Shown in pieces: positions 11,792-23,391 of a stretch of 64,000 nucleotides of DNA. Position 1 is the first letter of the stretch, and each line of letters starts with the position of its first letter. The stretch spans positions 187,798,001 through 187,862,000 of the forward strand of contig OX597814.1 of assembly GCA_951406725.2 (NCBI GenBank), in the 5' to 3' direction. The notes under the pieces are model-generated. The model made no database searches. It saw only the letters and a program-made list of their open reading frames with translations, and was not told the DNA's origin. Source of the stretch: Octopus vulgaris. Its lineage: Eukaryota. The translations under genes and the position numbers were made by a program.

Positions 11792-13172
11792 GACATTAGA
11801 ATAATCAACGTATAGCCGAAGTTTCAGAAGCTAATAAAATTAAAAAGGTACTACCATTACTTTACGGTTACATATTTGCTGTAGAAGGGAAATCCATCTT
11901 TATCTTGATTCCCCAAATCTTGAAGTATTGAAAGAAAAAAATGCAGACCTGCAAATAAAATATTTAAATGATAGATTATAAAGACAGAAGACCAACCTGT
12001 TTATCAATATACCAGGAACTACTACATTGTTCAATGTAACCCTCTTTATTTAAAACTGTTGGGAGTTTAAGTTCAAGAAAATTTGACTGTTCTTTCTAGC
12101 AAATCAGACGACAATACAGAAGCCTCCTTAGTTAACTCATATTCATAGAGATATGTAAGATAGCAGACTGTGGTTTCAGAGAGATTTAGCCGGTATTTCT
12201 AGATGTTTTAGATTTGATTTTTAGAAAAGATTTCTACACCTATATAGTTTTTCATGCTAGATAGCTTATATTAATTTTAAAAGCTTGGTTTAAATTTGTT
12301 TGGGTTCAAGAAGTAGTTCTGGGAATATATGGCAATTCCGACTTTTGGTGTGTCAACGTTGGCTGAAATTCCTCACAATTTCAGCCTTTAAAGGCTCGTA
12401 ACTTTTCCATTGTTAATTTCTCCAAAAATCGTGGTTACCTATGAAAAATTATATCTGTGCATAAATTGAAAAAAAAAAAAAATCGGAACTGATGTGTTAA
12501 ACTGAAAAGATTCAAATCGTCCGACGTTCTACTACTTGATTCGTACACATTTTAGCAATCTCGGAATGGAGAAAGGCAACGTTGACCTAAGAATATAAAG
12601 GGAGATAACTTTATGTACTACAGCATTTTGACTATTGCGTTACCGTTTCTGCCACTATTCTTAAAAACTAACACAGTATCTTTATTTGCATCCATAGATA
12701 TATAACATTTACTAAGTACATATTTCTAGTTATTAAATAAGTGACAATTAGTATGTAAATAATTTCCTGTACTGATTCAATCAAAAACAAAGGAAAGACT
12801 CCCCCCCCCATTTTCTCCCAAATTTGTTTATTTTTGTAATTTTTTTTGCCTGTCTGTTTCTGGCTGATTTTTATTCTAACCACCTGTGATAATTTCTACA
12901 TATTGTATAGCTAAACAAGTAATGTCTTTATTTCTACAGTGGCCAATGAGATGAATGCTGTAAATAAGTCAACATTTTAAGTCTGAAAGAAAAAAATATT
13001 TTCAATTCTAGAGTTTGACTTATACAGCAACATTAAAATGTGAACCTTTACTTACAGAATGACCAACCAATGGAACAACACTTCTAATAATTGCTGCACA
13101 CTAATTATCATAACTCAAATAGGTCACCACAAATATTTCTGACTAAAACTTGTGTTTGGTGAACATGGTTAA

Positions 13173-13392
13173 CCCTTTCGTTACCAATCCGGCTGAAACC
13201 AGCTCTGGCTCTAAGTTCAAATGTCTTGTTTTCATGAGTTTTGAATTAAAATCTTCCACCAAACCTTTGTCACAATTTATGTTCTTAACACTAGCTGAAT
13301 GATAAGTAAGTTATTTTACTAAATTCTTTGTTATATTTAAAGTAATTGAAAGAAACACAGAGCATCTCAAAATAAATACAGTAACAATAGGG
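13173..13392 (+). mobile_element. piggyBac-type MITE (TTAA TSD)
   Basis: TTAA|CCCTTTCGTTAC...GTAACAATAGGG|TTAA, with near-identical copies at 24840-25059 and 38406-38626. Confidence 0.85.
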
Positions 13393-13577
13393 TTAACATA
13401 TTAACACAGAGGTTAATATAAAGTAATAAAATTGTAATAGAAGTTCAATATCATATTAATGTTATTGTGCACACACTGACAGTAAACACTGACCAGAAAG
13501 TCACTGGACCCAAGTGGCCAGTCAGACAACCATGGTATGCATGCCACTTGCGTAATTTCCTGATAGCACATTGCATT

Positions 13578-13742
13578 GTGAGCACCTACTACACTCTCGG
13601 AGTGGTTGGCATTAGGAAGGGCATCTAGCTGTAGAAACTCTGCCAGATCAAGATTGGAGCCTGGTGCAGCCATCTGGTTCACTAATCCTCAGTCAAATCA
13701 TCCAACCCATGCTAGCATGGAAAGCAGACGTTAAACGATGAT
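13578..13742 (+). mobile_element. 5'-truncated RTE 3'UTR copy ('family B')
   Basis: GGTTGGCATTAGGAAGGGCATC...CCAACCCATGCTAGCATGGAAAGCAGACGTTAAACGATGAT, the same sequence as the 3' end of the RTE at 22125-23256. Confidence 0.8.
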
Positions 13743-14627
13743 ATTTGCCGACGATATCAAACTGGTCGCTCCTCGCGGTGATATAGAGGATCTTCGTCAA
13801 TGCCTCCACCAAATTTGGAGGTGGTCTAACGAATGGGACCTGTGTCTGAACGTGTCAAAGTGCTGTCATCTGCCTGTTGGCTCTCCTCCTGCAACTCAAC
13901 TTGATTTTGAGCCAGGTCGTCTGCTGCTGGAGAGGGCCGATCAGGTAAAGGACCTGGGTATCTTGGTGGATTCCTCCTTTTCGCCTTCGGCCCAGTGCGT
14001 CCATGCTGCCAACAAAGCACGCGGAATTCTGTTCCTGATTCGACGGTCATTCGGAATGCTCACAGCAGCCATATTCCTACCACTCTATGTCACGCTGGTG
14101 AGACCCATATTGGAGTACGTGATTCAAGCCTCTTCTCCTTATCTCCTCAAAGACATACAGCATCTCGAAAGAGTCCAGAAGCTGGCTACCCGCATGGTTC
14201 ATGGTCTCAAAAATTTGTCCTATGAAGAAAGGCTGAGGACGCTCGGCCTTTATTCTCTAGAAAAACGCCGCCGCCGTGGTGATCTCATTCTCGCCCACAA
14301 CATCATAAGCGGAAAATGTAACCTCTCAAAAGAGCTGTTCTTCACTCCTGCTCCAGAGCGTCGGCTGCAGGGTCATTCTGAAAAGCTCTACCTGCGACGA
14401 TTTCATCTCAATTGAAGGAGAGGAGCTTTCTCCGTCCGGGTTGCGGATCTGTGGAACAAGCTGCCAGACGAGATGGTGAAGATGCCGACGACCGCTTTGT
14501 TCAAAGCCTCCCTTGACCTCAAGTGTCCTGAACTCTTTACATGAACACCACCCTGTACTTAACTCCATGTTCCTCTACATAGCCTTGCTATTTGCTTTTG
14601 AGCCAAATTAACTAACTAACTAACTAA
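13738..14627 (+). mobile_element. 5'-truncated CR1/L2-group LINE (RT C-terminus and 3'UTR)
   Basis: FADDIKL, KDLGILVD, LVRPILEY, LERVQKLATRMV, SYEERLRTLGLYSLEKRRRRGDLI. There is a premature stop at 14413 and a (TAAC)n tail at ~14607-14627. Confidence 0.92.
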
Positions 14628-14827
14628 GTATTTATGGCTTATGGATGTTACAAAAAATAACAAATGCATTTACTATAACATTTAAATTATGCACAAGATT
14701 TGCATGTTTCATAGACTCATGTGGTAGTCATAGGCCTAATACAGAATTTTGAGCTAAAAATCTTGAAGTTGACTCATATACCAGGCTGACTTACATGTTA
14801 GATTGACTTATGTGTCAAGTTGACTTA

Positions 14828-15870
14828 TATCAGGTCATTAAAAATGAAATGTCCGATATTCTTATGCGCCAAGTTTGACAGTCGTTAACTCTATTGTTTT
14901 ATCCTGACAATTCTTTGTCTTACAACATTGTAGAGTTACATCATCATTTTTCAAAATGCAATTCATGGTGTCTGATTATATTGTGAGCTTTTTTTTGTAA
15001 ATCAATTTTGTGAACCCATAGATTGATCAAACATTCATGTTATTTATGAATATGAGTTCCATTGTGGAACCATTGCATCCCAGACAGGTTGAAACATTAA
15101 TTAGGTGTTTGGTGAGCTGGCAGAAACGTTAGCACGCCGGGCGAAATGTGTAGCCGTATTTTGTCTGCCGTTACGTTCTGAGTTCAAATTCCGCCGAGGT
15201 CAACTTTACCTTTCATCCTTTCTGGGTCGATAAATTAAGTACCAGTTATGCACTGGGGTCGATGTAATCGACTTAATACCTATGTCTGTCCTTGTTTGTC
15301 CCCTCTATGTTTAGCCCCTTGTGGGTAATAAAGAAATAGGTTTGGTGAAGATGTGGTGAATGAGTGCATTCTACGTCAATGGTTTGAGAAGTACCAGTCT
15401 GGTGACTTTACTCTTGAAAATCAAACAATGTAGTTGACTTGAGACCAAGGTAGATAATGATGAACTGGAAACTGTAGTGGAAGTGGATACATCTCAAACT
15501 ATGCGTGAGTTAGCAGCAAGGTTTGATGTTTCAATTTCAACTGTGCTGGATCATCTGAAACAAATTGGCAAGGTAAAACGCTGGACAAGTGGGTATCACA
15601 CGAACTGAATGAACATCGAATGACACATGGTCTTGAAACTTGCTGTTCTTTGCTGTCATGGAATAAAAGTGAACCATTTTTGCATTGTATTGTTACATGT
15701 GATGAAAAATGGGATTCTTTTCAACAATAGCAAGCATTCTATACTGTAGTTGGGTAGAGACAAAGTGCCAAAGCACAATCCAAAAAAGAATATCCATCAA
15801 AAATAGCTAATGGTGTCTGTTTGGTGGTCCAGCGCTGGTGTCACAAAGTACAGCTTCATGAGACCTGGTA
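14828..15870 (+). mobile_element. Mariner transposase pseudogene interrupted by a family A SINE (15110-15340)
   Basis: Pieces read FGEDVVNECILRQWFEKYQSGDFTLEN, VDNDELETVVEVDTSQTMRELAARFDVS, WVSHEL (WVPHEL motif), IVTCDEKW and LMVSVWW, with multiple stops and frameshifts. Confidence 0.88.
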
Positions 15871-16030
15871 TGTCAGCTGCAACTTTTTTCTACTTCAATT
15901 ATTACATATTTATCTCTTAGAAAAAGGCACATATACAGGAGGGGTAAATGATATATATAATAATACTTTGAATGTGGCTCCTGAGAAACAGTAAAAGTAA
16001 TTATTTAATCAATGATGGGTATTACTACTA

Positions 16031-16071
<41 letters not shown>

Positions 16072-16249
16072 TGTGCATACACATATATATATATACATAT
16101 ACATCTATCTATATATGTGCGTGTGTGTGTGTGTGTGCATCTTTGTGTCTATGTTAGTGCCCCACTACTGCTTAATAATTGATAGAATAGGTAATAGGTT
16201 GAAAGGATTTAGTTGAACATATTGACTCTAGGACTTATTTTTTAAAGAC

Positions 16250-16502
16250 TAGTACATAAAATACACCAATCCGACCGTGGCCGTTGCCAGCCTCGCCTGG
16301 CACCTGTGCAGGTGGCACATAAAAAGCACCCACTACACTCATGGAGTGGTTGGCGTTAGGAAGGGCATCCAGCTGTAGAAACATTGCCAGATAAGACTGG
16401 AGCCTGGTGCAGCCTTCTGGCTTCCCAGATCCCCGGTTGAACTGTCCAACCCATGCTAGCATGGAGAACGGACGTTAAACGATGATGATGATGATGATGA
16501 TA
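16250..16502 (+). mobile_element. RTE 3'UTR copy (family B) with (GAT)n tail
   Basis: Matches 23020-23256. Confidence 0.85.
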
Positions 16503-16645
16503 GTACTTGTATCGGTTACTTTTGCTGAATTGCTAAATTACAGGGACATAAACACCAACACCTGTTGGGCTTTTGTCACCCACCTGTTGTGGTGGGGGTG
16601 GGGGTGATGGAGACAAACACAAACACAAAGATACATGCATAGATA

Positions 16646-17273
16646 TGTAGTGGTTTCATGCAGGCATGGCGTGGATTCGATCCTCGATCGCCAAATTTCA
16701 TTTAACAATTAAAACAGCAATTTTTTCACAGTAAAACAATAATTTTTCTGTGATTGACAGCAGTTACATTTACCAGATGCCTTCGCTAAGCAGAATAATG
16801 TCTTTACCACTTGACCCTTCTAGGCCACCAAAAGTTAGAATTGAGATAACAGGTACCACCAACGAAATCTATTGTTCTCAACAATATGTCTCTCTTTCTG
16901 ACTAGTTTTACATGGTTATAAATACTAGAATTTGGTAAGTGAGTGAGAGCAACAGTTAGTGAACCGAGACGACCAGAGTTATGGCTACAATCTGGCAGCC
17001 ACTAAAGGCAAACGGCCAGAGGGAGGAAGAAGGAAAACAATCAACCAACAATGAGACACAACTTCCCTTGACTCTATAACTTTCACTAGCTCAATTTCTT
17101 TTCTCTTACAACATCATTCTATCTCTATCTGTGGATTACTACTATGAGAACGTGTACATACATACAGACTGAAATTAATTTTCTTAACCTCGCATGCTCT
17201 TTCAATTATATCTCACCTGCCCGCCAAGGCATGGCATTATACAAAGTAACAGTATAATAAATATTTCTTTACA
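16646..17273 (+). repeat. Unclassified dispersed repeat, solo-LTR-like
   Basis: TGTA...TACA termini with AATAAA near the end, and a diverged inverted homolog at ~56900-57465. No matching TSD was seen. Confidence 0.4.
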
Positions 17274-17304
17274 ACTTCTATCACTGTTCTTCTTTCATCT
17301 TACA

Positions 17305-18085
17305 CATCTGCAACAACAACAACAACCATTACACCGGCAACCAACACCTTAATACCATTATAATTGGTGACCTTACCGTTACAGATACATATATACATAC
17401 ATGATGGCCATCCATTTGTGACCAAGGAAGACCATTGCTGACCTTCAGGAACATTGTGCACTCTAGGACTAACTTATATTTTGCATTTGCAGCTCCGTTG
17501 GTGGCTAATGAGCTCTGCTCTTGACAATCATACACGACTGCAAACATTGCAGACCAAGCTTTTCCCCATTCACTACACCAGCAGTGTGCTTTTGAGCAGC
17601 ATGCTTAAGTTCTTCATGCAGAATACCTGCTCTCTCAAAAGTGTCGATCCCCTTCTCAACTTGCTTCCTCTATCTGTGGCGATGACAGGCATTGTTCTCC
17701 CAGTTAGTCTCTTGCATATCATAGGCTTTTAATGAACACTTGATACAGTCCTTAAATTGCAGCCTTGGTTTCTGTCGGGGTCTCTTTCCATTCACAAGTT
17801 CCCCATATAGCATCTGCTTAGGGATCCTGCTATCCTTCATTCTAATGTGTTCAGTCCAACGTAACCAGTGCTTGTGCACCATCGCCTCAATACTCAAGAT
17901 ATCAGCTGTCCTCAGGACCTGTGTGTCTGGAGTTTTTAAGGTCTAGTCAACATTCAGAATGTGTCTGAGACATCTCTGATGAAAGCTTTGAAGGACCCTT
18001 ATATGACGTCTGTAAAGGGTCCATGTCTCATATGAGTAAAGGAGCGATGTCAGTACACATGCACGGTACACAGCAATTTTTGTAC
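17305..18085 (-). mobile_element. RTE/BovB-like LINE 3' fragment
   Basis: SIEAMVHKHWLRWTEHIRMKDSRIPKQMLYGELVNGKRPRQKPRLQFKD, followed by a C-terminal CxxC finger remnant and a (GTT)n tail. Confidence 0.85.
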
Positions 18086-18109
18086 ACATACATACGCACA
18101 CACACACAC

Positions 18110-18266
18110 ACGATGGGCTTTTAGTTTCCGTCTACCAAATCTACTCACAAGGCTTTGGTCGGCTCGAGGCTATAGTAGAAGTCACTTGCCCAAGTCACTT
18201 GCACAGTGGGACTGAACTCGGAACCATGTGACTGGAAAGTAAGCTCCTTACCACACAGTCACGAGC
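18110..18266 (-). mobile_element. SINE family C, 5' half
   Basis: Reverse complement of the family C head/CORE region. Confidence 0.75.
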
Positions 18267-18544
18267 CTGTTCAGTCTTAAAACACATCACCAACTATACA
18301 ATTTATAAACTACTTCTGAAGGAAATATGAGGCAATAGACTGCAGTTGTAAATTCCAACTGATTACGCACATACACACCATCATGTCTTTCTTTCTCTCT
18401 CTTTTCCTCACGTACATCTAAAACAGAAGAATGTATGTATCCCCACCTAGTTTCATATTCCAACATTTATTTGTATACAATATCCTCGACAAAAGCAAAC
18501 TTAGAATTCAGCCTAGGACACACCTTAGCATAATTGATGTGTTG

Positions 18545-18622
18545 GTACCGGACAGTTTAAAGGAAGTCGTATAAAGCTAAATGATTGGTTAGACAAGTGA
18601 AACGTCACCATATTTATTTAAC
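18545..18622 (+). promoter_or_regulatory. Putative sulfiredoxin proximal promoter
   Basis: Non-repetitive stretch just upstream of the first ATG with an ETS-like AGGAAGT, an inverted CCAAT (ATTGG) and a CRE/ATF half-site (ACGTCA). These are short motifs only and the TSS is not known. Confidence 0.35.
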
Positions 18623-18874
18623 ATGTACTTAGAAAGGTTTTACTCCATTAAGTTGTTTTCATTAGGTATTTCACATACTTTATCAAAGCATCTCATCAAT
18701 CCTTTTTCAAAGTCACCGATTGTATTTTATAGACAAATGTGTACTAACAGTGATACGACGATACATGATGCCCACATCACCGACATTCACGACGTTCCTA
18801 TTGGTATCATCCAGCGACCAATACCTCCAGTACTGGATTCAGAGAAACTCAAATCATTGATGGAAACTATTAAG
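18623..18874 (+). CDS. SRXN1: Sulfiredoxin, coding exon 1 (ATG at 18623, or in-frame ATG at 18737)
   Basis: Translation ...TIHDAHITDIHDVPIGIIQRPIPPVLDSEKLKSLMETIK matches the sulfiredoxin N-terminal pattern (IH...I..VHNVP...LIRP.P.VLD..KV.SL..TI). It ends at a phase-0 donor AAG|GTAGAT (GT at 18875). Confidence 0.93.
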
Positions 18875-19034
18875 GTAGATTATACTGTTATGTTCGCTAC
18901 GTTTGATACTTTCTCGAGTTGTTATTGATAAACATTAACTTCTTGTTATCGCTGTAGTCGGTGCTGAGGGGAAGTAACTCTAGATAGTTTGCTAATAATG
19001 TGGTTGACTTTCGTTAAGTTCGTGAAAAGAACAC

Positions 19035-19440
19035 GGATCTTTTCGGTTTGACCGGCAGTTTTTTCTAGCGGTGTCATATGAAATTGTCACCCATAATTAT
19101 GACCCTAGAATCGATCTATTGCATTTCAATCTGTTTTAGGGTTAGGGTTAGGGCTGGGGGGAAGGGTATATTTTTTTTCTTCACAAATGTAAATAAACCA
19201 AATCTGTTTCTTAAACGAGGGACAGAATGTTTTCACCTCAATAGACGTCATTGATTGATTGAAATTGTAGAAATTGAAGAAAAAAAAACAACAACAAATA
19301 TTTTACAAACTATAGAATTTTCTCAATAAAGCCAAGAGAAAAAGATGTTTTATAAACACATTCTACCAGTATAGGAAGTTTAAAAGTGTTTAGTTATGTG
19401 GAAATTATTTTAAAAACTGCCGGTCAAACCGAAAAGATCC
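19035..19440 (+). mobile_element. ~400-bp MITE with GGATCTTTTCGGTTTGA TIRs and internal (TTAGGG)3, 8-bp TSD (Merlin-like)
   Basis: Perfect TIRs and TSD aagaacac/aagaacag. It lies in the sulfiredoxin intron. Confidence 0.88.
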
Positions 19441-19829
19441 AAGAACAGTGTACTTAATATTTTGGGACTGATCATTGTCTGAAAGAGGAAATGTTCTTTC
19501 ACTCTCTGTCTTAGATAATTTTAATAGATTCAAAACTTCACTAGTTTCCCAGGCTACAGTATTAGTAAATGCATTTATATATTAAATTATCACCCCTTAA
19601 CGTTACTTTGCTTTTTTGTATGTGTATTTTCTCATGAAACTTTAATAGGTTTAAGTTTCTTATGGTCAACAGAATCACAGGTTTGACATGTTGCAATTTT
19701 TGGCAGGAAATAGAGACTAGGATAGTGTTAATATACACTGAAAATTTAATAATCTCATTTCAATACCTAATTCTGTAGGTTCTGTATAGTGATCCAACAT
19801 TCTGCATTAGCTGAAGCATTTCTATCTTA

Positions 19830-20295
19830 TTATTGATTTCAAATTTTGGCACGAGGCCAGCAATTTCGGGGAGTGGGTAATTCAATTGCATCGACTCCAA
19901 TACCCAATTGGTATCTATTTTATTGACCCTGAAAGGATGAAAGGTAAAGTCGACTTTGGTGGAATTTGAACTCAGAATGTCAAGACAGATGAAATGCCAC
20001 CAAGCATTTCGCCCAGTGTGTTAAAGATTCTACCTGTTCACTGCCCTAGTTTCATCTTATTATTAACAGGTCAATAAGGTGGTGAGCTAGCAGAATTGCT
20101 ACTGTGCTGGGTAAAATACTTAGTGGCATTTCATCCGTCTTTATGTTCTGTGTTCAAATTCTGCCAGGGGTGACTTTGCCTTTCAGCATTTCAGGGTCAA
20201 TAAAAAATATGTACCTGTTGAGCATTGAGGTTGATATAATCAACTTACCACCATCCACAAAATTGCTGGTCTTGTACCACAATTTGAAATCATTA
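19830..20295. mobile_element. Two older family A-related SINEs in inverted (head-to-head) arrangement
   Basis: Minus copy at ~19830-20045 and plus copy at ~20077-20295, both with the diverged central domain. Confidence 0.65.
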
Positions 20296-20369
20296 AGAAG
20301 TGGATAGGCTCCATATCAATTGCAAGTCCAACTGAATTGAACATGTTCGTTTGTGGATTTAAAGTGAGG

Positions 20370-20678
20370 CCATGGGATTGCACCTAGAAAGTTACCCTCC
20401 AAGGCACAAGTCCGGGCAAGATTGTTTATGGAAGACCAGCATTGCCCATGCATACCGGCCTCCCCTCTTCACGCCACCAGTGTTATCCAAGGGAAAGGCA
20501 AAGGCTGATACAGCTTGGCACCTGTGACATCGCAACTTATTTCTACAGCTGAGTGAACTGGAGCAACGTGAAATAAAGTGTCTTGCTCAAGAAGACAACA
20601 CACAGCCCGGTCCAGGATTTGAGCTCCCAACCTCACAATCATAAGCTTGATGCTCTAACCACTGAGCCATGTGCCTTT
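20370..20678 (-). mobile_element. tRNA-derived SINE (distinct family, CORE/V-like body)
   Basis: The minus strand starts GGCACATGGCTCAGTGGTTAGAGCA (A box) and continues TTGAGCAAGACACTTTATTTCACGTTGCTCCAGTTCACTCAGCTGTA. Confidence 0.7.
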
Positions 20679-21543
20679 AAAGTATTGGGGACTTTATAGC
20701 AATAGTAGAAAACATCCTTCTATGTACAGTTAATGACTGTAATAAGTTGATATATTTTCTTGCTTTGCAAGAACATGATGTCTAACCTATCATATGCAGT
20801 CTGCCCTGGGTTAACTCTGATCAATCAAACCAATGAACAAAAGGCATTTCAGTAATAACTGTTACATCTTTTTGTCTTTTTAGACACAATGTAGCTAGTA
20901 CCACTTTAATCAATGGGTTCATCCCAATTTTAATTAAGATGGCAATGTGTGATCTGGTGGTAATTTAAAGATTATTTCTGGCAGGGTTTTATGATTTATG
21001 ACAATATTTGAGAGTATTGTAGGTGTGTTTACTTAGTATGCCTGTAAATGTATGTTGGTGATTTTGAACGGGATAATTTCAAGTTCTCTGTTTATGGAAC
21101 CTGTCCCCTGAAAGAGATTAACCTATAAAACTGATGGAAAACCATTATGAAATTTTATTCATATTTGACCTTTTTGACGCTTGAGCAACATTAACTCTTT
21201 AGCATTCAGATTTATTTGAAAACTGGGAAAGAGATATGGGTGGAAACACAAGAAGCAGAGATGTTATTCAGCACCTGAAAAGAAGGTTCCCATGACCGTT
21301 TGGTAACATATGTCATAAGAGTTGTTCTTGCTTTTAACCTATCGACATTCAAACATGTTAGAATTGTTAAAGTTGTTGCCTCTACTGGGGTGGGGGTGGG
21401 GTTGAGGAAGCATTGTATATGAAAGTTTTTGGGGCATTGTATATATAAGCATTATAGTATATATATATATGTGTGTGAGTGTGTATATATATATACACAC
21501 ACATATATACACACACACATATATATGTATATATATATATGTG

Positions 21544-22030
21544 TACATTTAAACACATAAGAGGTATACATCATAGCATACCTTGCACGCTAGAAGGAAT
21601 AGTCAAAATCCAAACTACTATTAGGGATATATTTCGAAGGGAATGAAAAATAAGAACATTTACCATCTATCTCCTAGACCATGGTTTCTGACTCTATATT
21701 AGCAAATAAAATAATTTGCTAGGTGGAATCTTCATCAACAGGTACGCCTAGATTAAACATATAAATACGAGACAATACAGCATGTGCCCCATGCTTATAT
21801 ATTATAATTTTTCAAATCCACTGTGCAAGCGCAGTTTTTTGTTGTCAGCAAATAAGTTAATGCTGGCGTTACTTCAAAAATTTGCCAAAAATTATCAATA
21901 ATTAATAATATCAGGGTAAGAAAAAATTTTAGAAATTCTTTACTGCCAGTGGCTTAGCGTGTAGAAATAGACTATATATTATTCATCTAAATACAGTATA
22001 CATTTAAACACATAAGAGGTATCCATCATG
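21544..22030 (-). mobile_element. Penelope-like pseudo-LTR in (TA)n with partial tandem duplication
   Basis: TACATTTAAACACATAAGAGGTAT is repeated at ~21544 and ~21999. The element is flanked by TA-rich microsatellite and contains a hammerhead motif. Confidence 0.65.
21673..21742 (-). ncRNA. Type I hammerhead ribozyme-like motif (PLE type)
   Basis: Minus strand: CCTG-TTGATGA-A-GATTC[hairpin TAGCAAAT/ATTTGCTA]GAGTC-A-GAAA-CCATGG-TC-TAGG. It has a palindromic stem III and a UC cleavage site. Confidence 0.65.
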
Positions 22031-22124
22031 TATATGTATGTATATATATATATATATGTATATATATGTATCTCTATATATATATATATGTGTATATATA
22101 TATGTATATATAAGTATATATGTA

Positions 22125-23256
22125 CCCAATGTAAGCTATAGACACATAAGACGTGCAGCAGCATCAAAGGAAAATTAACTGAGAAGATAGCTTTCGTGTG
22201 TGGCAGATGCACAAGGGCAATAGACACCACAGATACTCAGAAAACAGATTCCATTACACACCAGGGGAGAAACTAGAAGTAGTTGATAGTGTTCGCTACC
22301 TAGGTGACCAAGTTAGTAGTGGGGGTGGATGCTCAGAGAGTGTTACCACTAGAATAAGAATAGCCTGGGCAAAGTTCGCAAAGCTTCTTCCCCTCGCTCA
22401 GAGTGAAAGGTAGATTGTACGATGCATGTGTGCCATGCTTCATGGCAGTGAAGCATGGGGTATGACTGTGGAGGACATGCATAGGCTCAAAAAAATGAAG
22501 CTAGTATGATCCGCTGGATGTGTAATGTCAGTGTCCATGCACGACAGAGTGTAAGTGCCCTGAGAGAAATGTTGGACATAAGAAGCATTGAATGTGGCAT
22601 GCAGGAGGGACGTTTGCATTGGTATGGTCATGTACAATGGAAGGATGAGGAGAGATGTGTGTGAAGAAGTACCACTGCCAAACTGTTGAAGGAATACGGA
22701 GTAGAGGTAGACCCAGGAAGACATGGGATAAGGTGGTCGAGCATGACCTTCGAACGTTGGGTCTCACAGAGGCTATGACGAAAGACCGAGACCTCTGGAG
22801 ATATGTTGTGACTGTGAAGACCCAACAAATGAAGTGAGTTCATGGCTCGCAGGACAGCCTGCTGTTGTTACCTTGGATTGCAGTACGTCAACATCAACAT
22901 CAAAATAAAAGTCAAATGGAAATTGTAGTTATTATACCCGTGCCGGTGGTGCGTAAAAAGCACCATCCGAACGTGGCTGATGCCAGCGCTGCCTGACTGG
23001 GGTCCGTGTTGGTGACATTTAAAAAGCACCAACCGATCGTGGCCGTTTGTCAGCCTTCTCTGGCCCCTGTGCCAGTAGCACGTAAAAAGCACCCACTACA
23101 CTCACGGAGTGGTTGGTGTTAGGAAGGGCATCCAGTTGTAGAAACACTGCCAGATCGGACTGGAGCCTGGTGCAGCCTTCTGGCTTCCCAGACACTGGTC
23201 GAACTGTCCAACCCATGCTAGCATGGAAAATGGAAGTTAAACGATGATGATGATGT
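22125..23256 (+). mobile_element. RTE-clade LINE 3' part (RT C-terminus, 3'UTR, (GAT)n tail); source type of the family B fragments
   Basis: LEVVDSVRYLGDQVSSGGGCSESVTTRIRIAWAKF and RGRPRKTWDKVVEHDLRTLGL...DRDLWR, frameshifted. Confidence 0.9.
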
Positions 23257-23344
23257 ATATATTTCTATTCCTGTGCGTTATACTAATACATCTGTTTGTT
23301 TTGTACACCACCTGTCTTGGTTTTTTGTTTTTTTCGTAAACTCC

Positions 23345-23391
<47 letters not shown>

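Noticed and set aside
18300-18620. Nrf2 antioxidant response element upstream of sulfiredoxin
   Set aside because: Expected from vertebrate SRXN1, but I could not find a convincing TGAC/GnnnGC match by eye.
18875-18928. Continuation of ORF 18623-18928 past the donor
   Set aside because: Sulfiredoxin similarity stops at TIK and resumes at 31219, so this part is intron read-through.
19136-19155. Telomere or chromosome-fusion relic
   Set aside because: Only about three TTAGGG units, internal to a MITE present in several copies.
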